Positions 12,143 to 26,770 of a DNA stretch of 52,008 bases are shown here, piece after piece. Both the position numbers and the translations under genes were made by a program. Location of the stretch: NCBI GenBank assembly GCA_048213135.1, contig PS015352.1, forward strand, positions 1-52,008, read 5' to 3'. The stretch's first letter is position 1, and every line of letters starts with the position of its first letter. The notes below the pieces were generated by a model. The model saw nothing but the letters and a program-made list of their open reading frames with translations. It searched no databases and was not told the DNA's origin. The DNA comes from Reclinomonas americana ATCC 50394. Lineage: Eukaryota.

Positions 12143-12790
12143 AAGTGCACAGAGAGACACACACACACAGAGAGGAGGGAGAGAGAGGCGCGGGCTTAAG
12201 GTGATTGCTCCCTTCCGAACCAATCACAACGCGTGATGATGAGTCATCGATTTCCGGCCAAATCTTGTCAGAAATCGGACGGGTTTTCACCGCTCTCCTC
12301 TTCTCCTCCTCGACCGGCAACGCATCGCACACGCCGCCTGCACTCTGCCATCTTGTGCGGCGCGCGACCATGCCACGATTGCAATTGCAAAGTACATTTC
12401 ATTTCCCGATGTATTCGACGATTGCTCAATGCCAGTGGCCACAAAGAACACGCCTGCTGGCCTCTCTCTATCACTTCTCTATACCACCGTTGCGCAAACC
12501 GCATGTGCCAACCTGCATTCTCGCTTGCGTGCATTTTGAGGTCGCGTAAAATTTCCCGCAGTCGTTCGTCGCGCACAGAGAGTGAGAGAGAGAGAGTGTG
12601 TGTGTGTTGTGTGTGCCTCGGTCGCCGCCTCCCTTCTTGTGCGGAGGAACCACGAGAGAGTGAGAGTGGGGTGGGGGCCAAGCACACGCACATAGAGAGA
12701 CTGGAGAGAAGAACAAGACAGCATGCGCAGAGAATAAGCAACAACAAAACACACTATAGACACTCGTAGAACCAAACAACAACAACAAGC

Positions 12791-14995
12791 ATGTTCGCTG
12801 CAGCCACCAGCGCCTTCTCGCCTGTGAGGTCTGTGTGCACACACACACAGAGAGAGTCGAGTATCGGTGAATCTCTCATAATCATCATTGCGTTCTTTAT
12901 GTGTCTGTGTCAAACAAGCAGCAGTGGCAGTGGAGGCAGCGGCAGTCCTGCTGCCGGCACCACCATGCCCTCTCCCGCCTCCTCCACGATGGTGCACGAA
13001 AGCCCACTGGCCTATCAACAACAACAGCAACACTTTCAACATCAACAACAACAACGACAGCGCTTGTTTCCCACAGACGAGCACGACACATACGATGCCA
13101 AGCAGCAGCAGCAACAGCAACAGCAGCAACAGCAGTATGGCATGCAGCCGCTGCCTTCATCACTAATGGAACAGCAACAGGCGGCAGCGGCAGCAGCACA
13201 TGGTGAGTCATTGTATGTGCAGTTGTCTCCCCTCCAGTGTTCTCACACAACAGAGCGCAGGCGGCATGGACACAGTGGCAAGCTCTTGGTTAGTCGTCGT
13301 CGGCCATTTCCGACAAACTCTTGCTCGTTCTTTTCTTTTGCGTGTCTTCTTTGTGTGCGTTGTGCCGCGCTGTGTGGTATGCCTCTGCCTCTTGCGCGCG
13401 CGTTGCCTTTGACGCCGACGCGCGCGCGCGTGTGTTCGGTCTTGCGCGTGGTGTGATTTTCCCGCTTTATGCTGTGTGGCCATCTCGCGCTTGTTTGTTT
13501 GTGCACGCTTGCATTCTCTCATTCTTCTGTGTGTGTGTGCAGGGATGGCGTGCTGGTTGGTCCGGCAGCATGGGGCACGCGGTCGCCAAAGCAATGCGCG
13601 GCGCTCTCGCAGATTCGGTGCGTGTGATCACTCGTCGCGCTGTTCACCGCACACTCACTCACTCTCTCTCTCTTCCCTCTCTAGCGCTGCCTGGGGCGTG
13701 TCTGCAGGCGACAGCGACCCGACTGCATCCCCGCCACTACAAGCGCACTCACCCGCATCCTCCTCGTCCATGTCGTCGCCGTACCAGCCACTGACACACC
13801 ACCGCTCATTTGCCGCCAACAAGTCACCGCGGCACTTGTCACTAGGCGCGGGGCTGTTTGAGGCCAGCACGCCCACCAGCAACATGCACATGATGATGAT
13901 GGGCGGCGGAGGAGGAGGCGACGTTGACAGTGACGCGGGCGGACAAGATGGTGCCGCCATGGCCGTGCCTCTCTTGCCGCTGCCTCCGCCACACGTCATG
14001 CACAGTCACCATCATCATCATCATCACATGCTTGCCGGGTCGCCGCTCATGACCGCATCGCCATCGTCGTCGCCTACGCCTTCCCGCGCAATGCTTTATG
14101 CAAGTCCTTTACAGCAACAACAGCAGCAGCAGCAGCAACAGCCAGCGCCCTTTGCGCTTCCCGCCTCGGTGGTGAGTGTTCGGGACAGAGTTTCTCCTTT
14201 GGTCGCTCGGGCTTACTCTTGGTCTCGGGACGTTGTCTCGTATTCGTGTTTTTCTGCATTCGTGTGAGAGAGAAGAGAAAGTGCTCCCATCCCCTCCCCC
14301 GGCTACTTTCCTATAACCTACTACTCCCTCCCCTACCTACTACCTACTTACTACACGCGCGTGTGTGTGTCTATCTGCCGCCACACACTCTCTTTTCCTT
14401 GATTTCCCTACATATCATCTACCTCTGTTTCGCATTTCGTCCCATGTCATTTGAATCGTCGTCTTCGACTGGTGGCTCTGGTGCCCCTGTTGGTGTCACC
14501 TCTTCCTCTTCCTCGTCCTCGTCGTCGTCGTCTCTCTTTGAGGGTGCCGCCAAGGGCGGTCTCTCGGTGAAGATCTCGACGGTGGGCGACAATCGTTCCT
14601 TCTTCTCCTCGTCGTCCTCGGTCGGACCCTCTTCGTCTTCTCTGTCGTCGTCGTCGTCGTCGCCTTCGTCGTCGTCTTCTGCTCCATCGTCGCCCTCATC
14701 ATCGGGTTTGTCCGTCAAGATTGGCACGGTGGAATCGGCCTCGCAGAGCCTCTGGGGAACTTCCGGTGAGTGCAAAATCATGCATGACTGTCGTGTGTCT
14801 CTCCCTCCCTTCATTGCCCGTTGTGCTCACGTTCTGTCTTCTCCTCCGATAGGCTTGCACGCTGCATTCTCGCCGTCGTCGCATGCGGCGCACGATGATG
14901 ACGGAGAGGATCTGGATGGCGGTGTGTCGGACGCACTTGCCACGCTGGACATGGAGGACAACAAGCAGCACCAGCAGCAGCAACAGCAACAGCAG
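12791..14995 (+). CDS. Low-complexity polyQ/His/Ser-rich protein, multi-exon; internal structure and 3' end uncertain
   Basis: Coding-like blocks (MFAAATSAFSPV|SSGSGGSGSP...polyQ; SPHSPASSS...polyH/polyQ; SFESSSS...GLSVKI twice; LATLDMEDNKQHQQQ) are flanked by GT/AG sites and run into the gap at 14996. Confidence 0.5.
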
Positions 14996-15624
14996 NNNNN
15001 NNNNNNNNNNNNNNNNNNNNNNNNNNNNNNNNNNNNNNNNNNNNNNNNNNNNNNNNNNNNNNNNNNNNNNNNNNNGCTTTTTTTCTTTTGCAGATTTTCC
15101 GCACTCGCATCTGGCTGCAGCATGTGAAGACCAACGAGTAACTGTTTAAACGTGCTGGTCTTGGCCCGCTGTGTATGCTATTATGTGTGTGTTTTTCCTG
15201 TTGTATTGCCGCGCATGTCAAACTCTACTCTCTTTTTTAATTTGACTGCTGCCGTCTTTGCTCGCGTGAGTGGACGATTGCTCCATTCACGCTGTTTTTC
15301 CACCCCTTCCCTTGCGTTAGACTTGTTTTGTTGCACTCTTCTTGTCCATAGGCCATTGTGTGTGTGTGTGTGTGTGTTTTGTCGTTGCATTAGAACGCTG
15401 AGAAAGAAAGAAGAAAAGCGGCGAGCTGACCGATTGATGCGGTCGCTCTGCCTCCCCCCTCCTTGAATGAACTTGTGTGTACACATTTGAAAAGAAAGAA
15501 CGACTTAAACATCTCACAGACATATACATTTCAGCTGGAGTTGGCATTTTTCCTCTCTCCCTCTCCCTCCTATCGCTCCATATTCCCTTCTCGAAACAAA
15601 ACAAACACACACACACATACTACC

Positions 15625-18600
15625 TCACACGGGACGACCTCCGCTGTCGCTGCGCGAGTGTCTGCGACCAGCCGCAACAGTAGCGACAGCCGCCGCGGCC
15701 GCCGCGGCAGCTGGACTCGGTGGCTTCACTGGCGGCTGCAGCCGGATGGGCGACGCTTGGATTCGCACAGGTGACGGCGCAGCACCATTGGTGCCATTGC
15801 TGCTGCCATTGCCGTTGCCGTTGGCGGCGGCGGCGGCGGCGGCGCGATTCGGCGACGTGTACCGCAGCGGAGTGCTCCCACTCGACGCCGGCGACTGCAT
15901 ATTGTCGGAGCTGGCGCGCGAGGCAGGAGTGCCCGCCACGATCGGCGAGGTGGCTGGATCGGAGGCGGAGGCGGTGGAGGTGGCCGACGATCGTCGAACC
16001 ACCTTGCGCACGACCTTCTTTCGCACCACACCCGACTTGGCGGTCGGCGACACAAAGTCGCCGCCGGGTGTTGGTGTCAGCGCCGGTAGTGCAGCCTCGG
16101 CCTTGCGCCGCGCCGCGTCCTCCTCCACCTTGCGTCTCTGCTCCTCCTTTAGCGCGGCAATGGCGGTCGATGCTGCCGCCGCTGCGTTCGAGTCGGTCGA
16201 CTTTTTCCGTCTCTGCATGGCCGACGCCGGCGACAGCTGCTCTAGCGGCAGACGTGGGATTGGCGGGTGCGCCGGTGACGAGGCCATGGCGCCAATGACG
16301 CCGTCCTCCTCGTCCACATCGTCGACCCACGACGTGCCACTGGCACGTCCATTCACATCAATCGCCAACTCCAGCGGGCGCAACAGCGGCCGATCGTTGG
16401 GTGCCGGCGGCAGCTGCGGTGGTTCGGGGCTGTTCGATTCACGCTCCACTGCGCCAGAGTGGTGCTTGACAACGGCCGCCACCGGTGGCTCAGCCATTGG
16501 CGGAGCACTCTCGTCAACCAAGAAATTCACCGTGGCATGATCGTCGAGTGGCGGCAGCGGCGATGACACACGACGCCGACCAGTGCCATCCAGAGCCAGG
16601 GAGGCAGACGGTGGCGACAAGTGCGTCTCGCGCGAAGGTGGCGCTGGCGGCACGTCGGGAATGTCAATCTCACTCGATGGTTCTCGCGACAGCCGACGCG
16701 GAGCACCACCACCACCATCGGAGGCGACACTTGACGTCTGCGGGAGGCTCGAGCGCTTCTCCCCAGTCGCCAGTTCGCGCGATGGCACCTCCGCCGTCTC
16801 CAATTCGTACTCCTCCTGCCCCTGCACCTCCACCACCATGTCGTCGAGCTGGATCGCGTCGCCGGTAAACTCACGCGAGTGCCGCTTCTCCTGCTCGTGT
16901 TCCTCGCGCGCCAAAGCCGTCGCCGCCGCCGCCGCCATTTCGGCAGCCGCCATCGCACGTGCCTCGGCGGTGGCTTCGGCCTTTACCGCCGCAGCCGCAT
17001 GCACCTCCACCTGCGCCTCCAGCAACACCAGTGCCGCTTGCGCGTCGGCCAGTTTCTGACGAAGGCGCACGTTTTCGTCTCGCAGTTCGGATTCAGTGCT
17101 GCGGCAATGAAGACGATGAGCGGTCGAATGGTCACACCGAGGGGAAGAAACGGGCAACGCAACAGCTCATCAATGCCACTGGTGCCGGGTGGTGGCAGTA
17201 CGCGCACGGGGAGTGGATGTACAAAGCGTCGTCGCGTCTGGTAGCCCAGCGCAGAGACGGTTCCGTATTGCGGTGGCACTTCGGCGAGAATGTGCATCGG
17301 AACAGCGACCTGTTTGCACAAAGTAGGAATGAGAGGGGGAAATGGGGAGAAGGGTTGGTGAGGGGGAAGGAGGGGGAAGGAGGGGGAAGGAGGGAAGACC
17401 AAGGAAAGGGAGAGGGGAGAGAACAATACATACCTCACGCTCCGTTTCGTTGTTGCATTCGCGCACGACACTCGAGTAGGATACAAAGTGGAAATTGTCA
17501 AACTTGCGTTCTGGCAGGCGGTCGATAAAGAGCTGTGAAGTGAAGGGAGTGAGCGCTGAGGCAGTGACGCAAGTGGGGAAGAGGGAAGAAAAGGCACCTC
17601 CAGGTCCTCCCACGGCCCTTCGCCGACGCCGACACAGACAATGGACAGACTGTGCACGGAGGAGGAGTGTAATGTGAGTGCAGGCAGGCATGCCAAAGAA
17701 CAGCATCGGAAAAATACACACGCAACGGATAGTACGATGCCTCCACAATGGCATCGAGAGTCGCCTGCTCATTCTCCACGTGACCTGACGAAAAACAAGA
17801 GGCATCGTCACGCATTGTCACGCAAAGAGACGAGGAAAAATAGAAGCACAGATTATGCGAACCGGTGGTGATGATCACCAGCACGTGGTAGTGTTCGCGC
17901 ATCTTGACCAACTCCATCGCCTTGTAAATCGGCAACGTAAACGACCGATGCCCGCCTGGTCGCACACGCGTGATCGCCTGATCCAGCAGCGCCAGCACGT
18001 CACCAACTCCCTCACACGGTGCATCCTTGTCGTTCAACGAAAACAGCGCCGTGTCCTGCATCGACAGCAAGCGGTGAGAGAAGACAGGGGCACAGAGAGA
18101 GAGAGAGAGAGAGATGGAGAGCGACGAGGAGAGCATGACGGTGAATGCGGACGAGAGAGACGGATCGGTGAGCGCAGATGGGTGAGAGAGTGAGAGAGAC
18201 AGCGAAGGAGGAGAAGGACGAGCAGGAGAGGAAAGACGAGAGAAAGAGAGAAAGTAGAAGAGAGATCGGCGATTGTGGTCGAGAGAGAGAGAGAGAGAGA
18301 CACAGATCGATGAGTGCTGACGAGAGAGATTGGGAGGGAGAGAGAGGAGGAGGAGAAAGCGGAGCAGGCGAGGAAGGACGAGAGACAGCGAAAAAGAGAG
18401 AGGGAGAGAAAACAGAGATCGGTGAGTGTAACCGGGAGAGAGACAACACAATGAGTGCAGACGAGACAAATTGAGAGGGAGAGAGAGAGGAGGGAGGAGG
18501 AGCAGGAGAGGGTGGATGAGAGAGAGAGAGGCCACACGAGAGTGAGACAGAGACAATATCGGTGGACAACGAGAGGCAAGCACGACATGAGACGACATTT

Positions 18601-19252
18601 GTGTGGACTGCGCCTCTCAACTCTTGTACGCGAATCGCCAAAGCCATACGCCGGCACGAGATTATCCGGATCAAACCTACATGACAGACACAAATGCCGA
18701 AAAAATGCAATGAGGATCAAATCACCGAACACGCCGCCATTGCAAGAGAGGCAAAAATCTACTTAACGACTGCAACACATTCCCAATCATGCGCACCACC
18801 TCCGAGCACTGCTCCTGCTGCAACCGACTCCCCGATAACCGTTTCTCACTGACGTCACTGGCGGCCGCGGGTGCACTTGAGTCATCGGCAGTGAGTGCGC
18901 CCGAGGAGAGTGAGCGCTGGTGGCGATGATGTCGCTGGTCGCGGTATCGGTTGGAGAGCGACAGAGACGAGGAGAAGTCGAAGCAGAAGATCAAGCCTAA
19001 CACATGTGTATGAGCGCGCGCGTGTGTGTGCAGTGCATGATGCGTGTCTGTGTGTGTGAAAAGAAAAAGACCGATGCAATCAGCTCCACTCTCGCGTGCA
19101 ATGAGCGCCGCCACGTCGCCGAGTGATGCACACGCGCTGATCCGCGATCTGCTCAGTCGACGGGGCACAGCGGAGGCAACAGGCGGGGAGGTCACAGGCA
19201 CAGGCGGAAATGTCGCACTCTCCGCGACTGGTGTCGATGAGCGGCACCCCAT
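15625..19252 (-). CDS. Copine/RGLG-like vWA protein with N-terminal acylation motif, coiled coil and long disordered C-terminus (8 exons)
   Basis: MGCRSS start; GLIFCFDFSSS; IGNVLQSFDPDNLVPAYGFGDSRT; YHVLVIITTG; TLDAIVEASYYPLSIVCVGVGEGPWEDLE; DRLPERKFDNFHFV; LAEVPPQY, all copine/RGLG motifs. Donors at 19071, 18767, 18621, 17862, 17726, ~17597, ~17432, 17163. Confidence 0.85.
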
Positions 19253-19392
19253 AGCTTACACACACACGCACGCGCACAGAGACACGCACAAAGAATGCAC
19301 ACGTGAGCAGGCAATCAACGCGCGCGCGTGTGTATACGATGAGCGAGACAATAATGCGCGGCTCCACAGTGTGACTCAGCACACTCTTTTGA

Positions 19393-20477
19393 ATGGCCTC
19401 GTACGAGGAACAGCGTCGATTGCGTATCAAGCGCAACCGTGAGAAGCTTGAGGAGCTCACGTTGCAGTCGAGCACAGGCGATGCCGCCGCGTTGCTGTCA
19501 CCGATCGCCCCCGTCACAAAGAGGTAGCTCGCGCGCGCGCAAACAGAGTCACTTACTGTCTCTCGCGCGCTCAATGCGCGTCCACCAGTCGCAAGGTGAG
19601 CGTGTCGGGAGTGGCAAGTGGACGCGTGAAAAAGGCATCGGCGATGGCGGTCCGTCGAGCGGCTGCGTTGCCGACGCGCACCAGTCGTCGCGTGCGCGGG
19701 CAGGCTGCGGAGGACGTCGGTCCATTACCCGACGATGTCGACGACGAGCAAGAGGCGATTGTGGTGCCGCGGCGAGCAGAGAAGGAATGGGAGCAGCTGC
19801 TGACGCAGGAGGAGTACGCGCGGATTCACGGCTTGCCGGTGGGGTATGTCACCGATGGGCACTATCGCGGGTGGGTGAATGCAGAGGTGTGCGCGGCGCA
19901 TGGAATTGCCGCGACCGAGGAGGCGTGGCGTGCGCAGTTTGAGGGCGCGGGAAGGCGTGCGCCGTCGGTTAAAGGCGGAGGTGCAGGTGGGCGGCGATCG
20001 GGAGGCCTCTCGGCAAAGGAGTACTCGGCGCGACAGCTGCGCGCGAATCCGAATACGGTGTGTGACTGCTGCTGTTGATGCGCTGGTGCTAGTGGAGTGT
20101 GAGGCATTCACGACGCAAGATGCAGTACTTTTACCGGCACAACGCGCCTGGCGATCCTCCGCGCATGGGCGACTGGTCAGCGGAAGAACGCGAGCTGTTC
20201 GATCGTCTCGTGCACCAGTACGGGTGTGGCGATCTGTGGGGTCTTTTCTCGTCGCACATACCTGGACGGTGCACGCTTCTTTCTCTCTCATTCGCCTTGC
20301 TTGCTTGCTTGCTGCTCACGTCTGTCAGCTCGCAGTGTCGGCTATCAGTGCGTCAATTACTATCGGCATACGGTCATTCCGCAGTGTTTGGTCATGGATG
20401 TCGCGTATCGGTTGACCCCCGAGGGCAAGTGTGTGTGGGTCGGACGACCAGGCGAGGCCGGTGCAAAGAACGTCTGA
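19393..20477 (+). CDS. Myb/SANT-like domain protein (4 exons)
   Basis: N-terminal motif MASYEEQRRLRIKRNREKLEEL; C-terminal NPNT|YFYRHNAPG...GDWSAEERELF...WGLFSSHIPGR|VGYQCVNYYR is a Myb-like repeat. Divergent from the copine gene with ~140 bp between starts. Confidence 0.85.
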
Positions 20478-20574
20478 GACAGAGTGAAGCAGGACACATT
20501 ATCATTGCATTTTCTCTTGTGAGCAGAGCTCGTCGTCTTTCCTCTGTCAGTGGTTCACTCGTCCAGCGCGCATA

Positions 20575-21964
<1,390 letters not shown>

Positions 21965-22063
21965 AAGCGCACACTGGGTGCTCTGGTTGTTGCGCTTGCT
22001 GTCGGCGAGAGGAGTGGACCACAGCTGTGCACGCACACACACAATACAGTACATTTCTTGCTG

Positions 22064-24019
22064 TCAGTGTGGAGCACTGTGATTGGCGGCCGCGCGCAGC
22101 GCCTCTTGTACTCTGTCGTGGAGAGTCGACGGCGATTCGAGCAACTCTAGAACGGCATTCGGCTGCAAGTTCACCAGCGTGCTCGTGACGTCGAGCGCAT
22201 TCTGAACATGGCCACCGCATGCCGCCTCCACTAACGGGGAGAGCAGATCGTGCAAAAATGCGCGGCGCTCCTCGATGGGCGACTGAGTGAGAATCGTCCC
22301 CACATCGTTTCTTGTCGGCAACCTAGTGGGCGGCAGGCGTACAGCAGACATGATCTCGTAGCGATGGAAGAAGGCCTCGGCTTCCTCCTCGATGAAACAC
22401 CGCAACACAAACGAAGGTAGCGACTCGTCGTCATCTCCATCCTCCAAGTCACATAACGCAGGTCGGATGCGCCGCACCTCTTCAAGCTCTCTGCGCATTT
22501 GCCACTGCGGCATCCATGGGCCACCTGAGCACGTGGAGCGTGAGCGGGAAAAAAACGCATCGCATGCGCATGACACTTTTGTACTGCCGTCGCACTCGAA
22601 CCTGGCCACAAATGGAGCCCGCTGCTGCTGGAGACGGTAATCACGCTGTCTCCGTGCACAAAGCCACCCCAGATACCGTTTGCAGACTGCACCTGCACAT
22701 CGAGAATGGCCAAGCAGCGGCACGTCACGGTGCAGTACACTCGCACCGAATCCGCTGCGCGGTCACCGACAACATGTCAGCAGGCGTGCCATTGTGTATC
22801 AACCCTCCCGACGCAACTGTAGCCGACAAAGAGCAGCAGTCCGTCGTCAGAGAAGGATGCCACACAATTCGCAGACATCGTGCCTTCGATGGAGAGACGC
22901 AGCTCGCCAGTCTCGGTCGACGGCACTTCGACGTGCCCAGTCGCGTCGATGCAGAGACGCAGCTCGCCAGTCTCCGTCGATCGCACTTCGACGTGCCCAG
23001 TCGCGGTCCCCACTGCCAACCAGTCGCCGTCTCGCGACAACGCTAGTGAAATGACTTGGTGCTCTGTGTGGCACTCGTGCGCTCTCTCCAGCTGTGCATG
23101 CGACANNNNNNNNNNNNNNNNNNNNNNNNNNNNNNNNNNNNNNNNNNNNNNNNNNNNNNNNNNNNNNNNNNNNNNNNNNNNNNNNNNNNNNNNNNNNNNN
23201 NNNNNNNNNNNNNNNNNNNNNNNNNNNNNNTCTCGCGCCACTCCAGTTCCTGGTTTCTGGCGAGCACCATGAATCTAGCGTCCCTGCTCACCGTCATCGC
23301 CGTGAAAGGTGCATGTGTGAACATATTGCCAGCGGCCACCTCTCGCACACACTTGCCACTCTTCCCTTCGAAAACGCGAACCAAGTTGTCGGCGCAACAG
23401 CACACAAACCTCCTGTCGTGCGTCATTTCCAGGCCTACGATGCCGAGCATCCGGCCACCGTCATCATTCCGCCATCGACAGCACGCTTGCCACTCACCCT
23501 CTGCCAACTGCGACGCCTGCAGATCCCACAATGACACCTGAACCATGACAGGCGACGCATTGATGAACACACGACTGTAATCCAGCTGCCTGTCACTCCA
23601 CACCAACACGGTGTCATCGGTGGGAGCAAATGCCAAGCTGCAGCGGCGAGGGCCGAAGAGTCCGCCGGTGGAAGGGAACGAGCACAGTGTACGCACGCTT
23701 GATGAGCTCTCGACATTGTAAATGCGAACACATTCCATGTTGGCGACGGCGATCAACTGCACTCGCGGTCACACTCAGGATATCGTGCTCAAACACGCAA
23801 GCGGAGGTGGGAGAGGGAGCGCCTTTGACTGACCTGTCTGCCGTTGCGCGTGCTGGAAATGGCCACTGCACGGATGAGGTTTTCTGGAGACGGAGACGAG
23901 ATTCGCGTTGCGTGTGTGACCGCGTTGACCAAGGGCACAACAGGGTCGTACATTGGTCCCTGCAAACACCGCTGGCGGTGCTGTTGCCACGCAGAGAGCA
24001 CGCGCTCCCAGGCACTCAT
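22064..24019 (-). CDS. WD40-like propeller + helical LP..VLRCF motif + one degenerate MLLE (PABC) domain (paralogue B)
   Basis: MSAWERVLSAWQQH...RQ|LIAVANMECVRIY...ISLALSRDGDWLAVG...LLFVGY|TDSVRVY...LWP|GGPWM...ESLPSFVLRCFIEEEAE...FLHDLLSPLVEA...VLELLESPSTLHDRVQEAL. Introns 22817-22755 and 22601-22525 remove an in-frame stop and a frame break. Contains a gap at 23106-23230. Confidence 0.75.
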
Positions 24020-24086
24020 GGCTTGCTTCTAGGACATGCAGACAGCCTCTGATCACTCTGCGAAGTTCTTCAAGAGCTGAAACAAT

Positions 24087-26041
24087 CTATTCATTGAGGA
24101 GCTGCAGCAACTCCTGCACCTTGGAATCCAGCGCAGGCGGCGACTGAAGCAGCTCAACGATTCGGTCCGTTCCCAACTCCACCATTATCTCCGTGACCAT
24201 GACTGCACGTGCATAGTATGCATGTCGGGCAGCACAAGCCGCCTCCACCAGCGGGAAGAGGAGATCACGAAGAACATCTTTGCTGCCACAAACGGCTTGC
24301 ACCGCCTCCTGCACCATGGATTGCAGGTAGAGTGGCCTCTCCAGCAAGTCGATTAGCGAAGGCATGTCCAGCTCGAGCAGCATGCCAGTGATTTTACGGG
24401 CCCACGATTGCGAGTCGTCGTGAAACTGGGCACGAAAGGAAGCTTCCACCAGTGGATAAAGCAGCTCGCCCACAACGCGCCAACAATCAGCGCCCATAAT
24501 CACACCCAACTCCTCCACCGTAGGTCTCCGTGGTGGAGGCAGTCGCCGACTCGACGAGTCACCATACACGTGCAGCAGTGATTGTGCCTCCTCCTCCATG
24601 AAACACCGCATCACGAACAGCGGCAGTGACTCGCAGTCGACACCGGCATTGGCTTCCAAGTCTTGCAGTGCCGCCTTGGCGCACTGCACGTCTTCGAGTT
24701 CCTTGCGCATGTGCAACAGTGGCATCCACGTCGGACCTGGTGCTTGTGGTGAGCGACAGAGAAAGACAGAGGACAGACTCACATATTCTTGCGAACCGTG
24801 CCACACGTAGATGCCACTGTCATCCGCGGTGATCACGCCGTTGTCGTGCATGAAACCGCCACCAAAAGCATCAATCTTGCCTCTGTGTCCGACCATCTGC
24901 ACAGCGAGGAGAGCCAAACAGCGACCTGTGATGGTGCTGTGCACTGCCGCCATGCCACCTGCAACCGAGGAAACGAGGTCAGAGCAAGCACTTGGAAACA
25001 CGAATATGTCCCACTATGCAACTGTTGCCGGTGAACAGCAGCAGCCCATCGTCGGAGAAGGATGCAATGGGAAGTGTCGGTATCCACCCTGTGCTGGCAT
25101 CGGTTCCGCGTGCCACAACCTTCAACCTCAGCTCGCCAGTCTCTGCTGATCGCACCTCCACATGGCCTGTGGTGACACCCACAGCCAGCCAGCCGCCATC
25201 ACGCGACAATGCCAACGATGAGACGCGACCGAGTTCCACACGGCACCGACGAGTCACCAGGAGCTTCGCATGCGACAAATCGCGCCACTCCAGCACCTCG
25301 TTTCTGGCAAACACCAGGAATCTGTCGTCGCTGGTCACCATCATGGCTCGGAAGGGTACCACCTGTACCACCTGGTCGCCGTCAACAGCCTCACACACGC
25401 ACTCGCCGTTCACACCATGCAGCACGCGGACGGTATTCTCGGTCGCGTAGCACACAGACTTCGCGTCGTGCGTCACTGCCACACACAACCCTCCGTCTGT
25501 TTCAACCGTTTGTCGCCAACGACTGTGCGCTGACCACTCAGACGCCGACTCACGGCCTGGAGAATGCAAATCCCACACCGTGACCTCGCAGGGAAGTTGC
25601 AGCAAGTCCGGCAGCGGGAATGCAATCGTCAGCATGGTCTCATCAGAGGGAGCAAAAGCGAGGCCGATAGCGTGTGGAGCAGCACGCGAATCACTGGTGG
25701 GGAATGTGCACAGCACACTCATACTCACAGCATCGAAGACATGCACGCGGTTCCAGCTCGCCATGGCAATCAACTATGACAACACTGAGCACAACACACA
25801 TGCACACACAAACTCGTGGAGATGCAATGACGCAGACCTGTCTTCCGCTGTGTGTGCCTGAAATGGCCACCACACGAACGATCTCTGCGGCACTGTCGCT
25901 GTCGGAGCTTGACAAGACCTCTGTGCGCGAAGCATCTGTGACCATGTTGAGTAGTGGCACAGTGGGGCCAAACTCGGGCTCATGGAGCGACTGGCGGCGA
26001 TGTTCCTGCCACGCAGAGAACACCAACTCACGAGCACTCAT
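24087..26041 (-). CDS. WD40-like propeller + helical LP..VMRCF motif + two tandem MLLE (PABC) domains (paralogue A); exons 26041-25838, 25773-25023, 24958-24797, 24736-24087
   Basis: Same intron positions as paralogue B. WD-like VSSLALSRDGGWLAVG. The C-terminal VGELLYPLV...ARKITGMLLELD..SLIDLLE.P..L...VQEAV matches the MLLE signature KITGMLLE, followed by a second divergent copy (LLFPLVEA...VELLQSPPALDSKVQELL). Confidence 0.82.
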
Positions 26042-26226
26042 ACAGCAAGAAATGTCGGGAAAACATGCTGCGGGACAACTGACGACTTTGACGGTGCTTG
26101 GTGACACTAGATGAAGTAACCTATGTAGTTTTTCTTCTTCATTTTTGTCGACATCGCGATCGAATCGTAAAACATTTCTCTTTCTCGCTCTCCACGCCTC
26201 ACCCCTCGTGCAAACCAAAACACAAA

Positions 26227-26303
26227 CTAGTAGTGCACCGGGTGCAGGAACTGCTGCTGGTCATGCTGCTGCTGGTGGTGATAGTGATATTGTGGTTGTT
26301 GTT

Positions 26304-26340
<37 letters not shown>

Positions 26341-26750
26341 ATAAAGATACGCTTGGTGCTGCTGCTGATTCTGCTGATCGCCGTGAGTGGCACGAGCGCG
26401 TTCCTGTGCGGCAGCAATCTGCGCTGCGCGTGCAGCGTGGCTGCCAGGATACTGCTGCTGCTGCTGCTGCTGGTGCTGCGGAGGCATGGGCGGCCGCCGC
26501 TGCTGTTGCTGTTGCTGCTGCTGCTGTTGTCCCGGCTGCTGCTGACGCTGCGAGGCCTGACGAGCGGCAGCAATGGCGGCCATGTAATCATCGGCGACGG
26601 CTGCCTGCGGTGGAGGCGGCGATGGCGGTGACGGCGCACGCGGTCTTCTTTGACGCTGCTGCTGCTGCTGCTGCTGCGGTGGTGGAGGTGGTGGCGGTGG
26701 CGGTGGTGCCGACGAAGGAGGGCGATCATTCAGCGAGCAGCAGATGCGCC
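26227..26750 (-). CDS. 3' exon of a polyP/polyQ-rich protein (5' part beyond gap)
   Basis: Open frame from the gap: RICCSLNDRPPSSAPPPP...QQQ...DDYMAAIAAARQ...FLHPVHY*. Confidence 0.5.
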
Positions 26751-26770
26751 NNNNNNNNNNNNNNNNNNNN

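Noticed and set aside
15720-17059. Plus-strand ORFs overlapping the copine gene
   Set aside because: Antisense shadows of GC-rich coding sequence.
24979-25022. Apparent frameshift in paralogue A and in-frame TGA (22777) in paralogue B
   Set aside because: Both are removed by homologous 63-64-nt introns with GTTGC donors.
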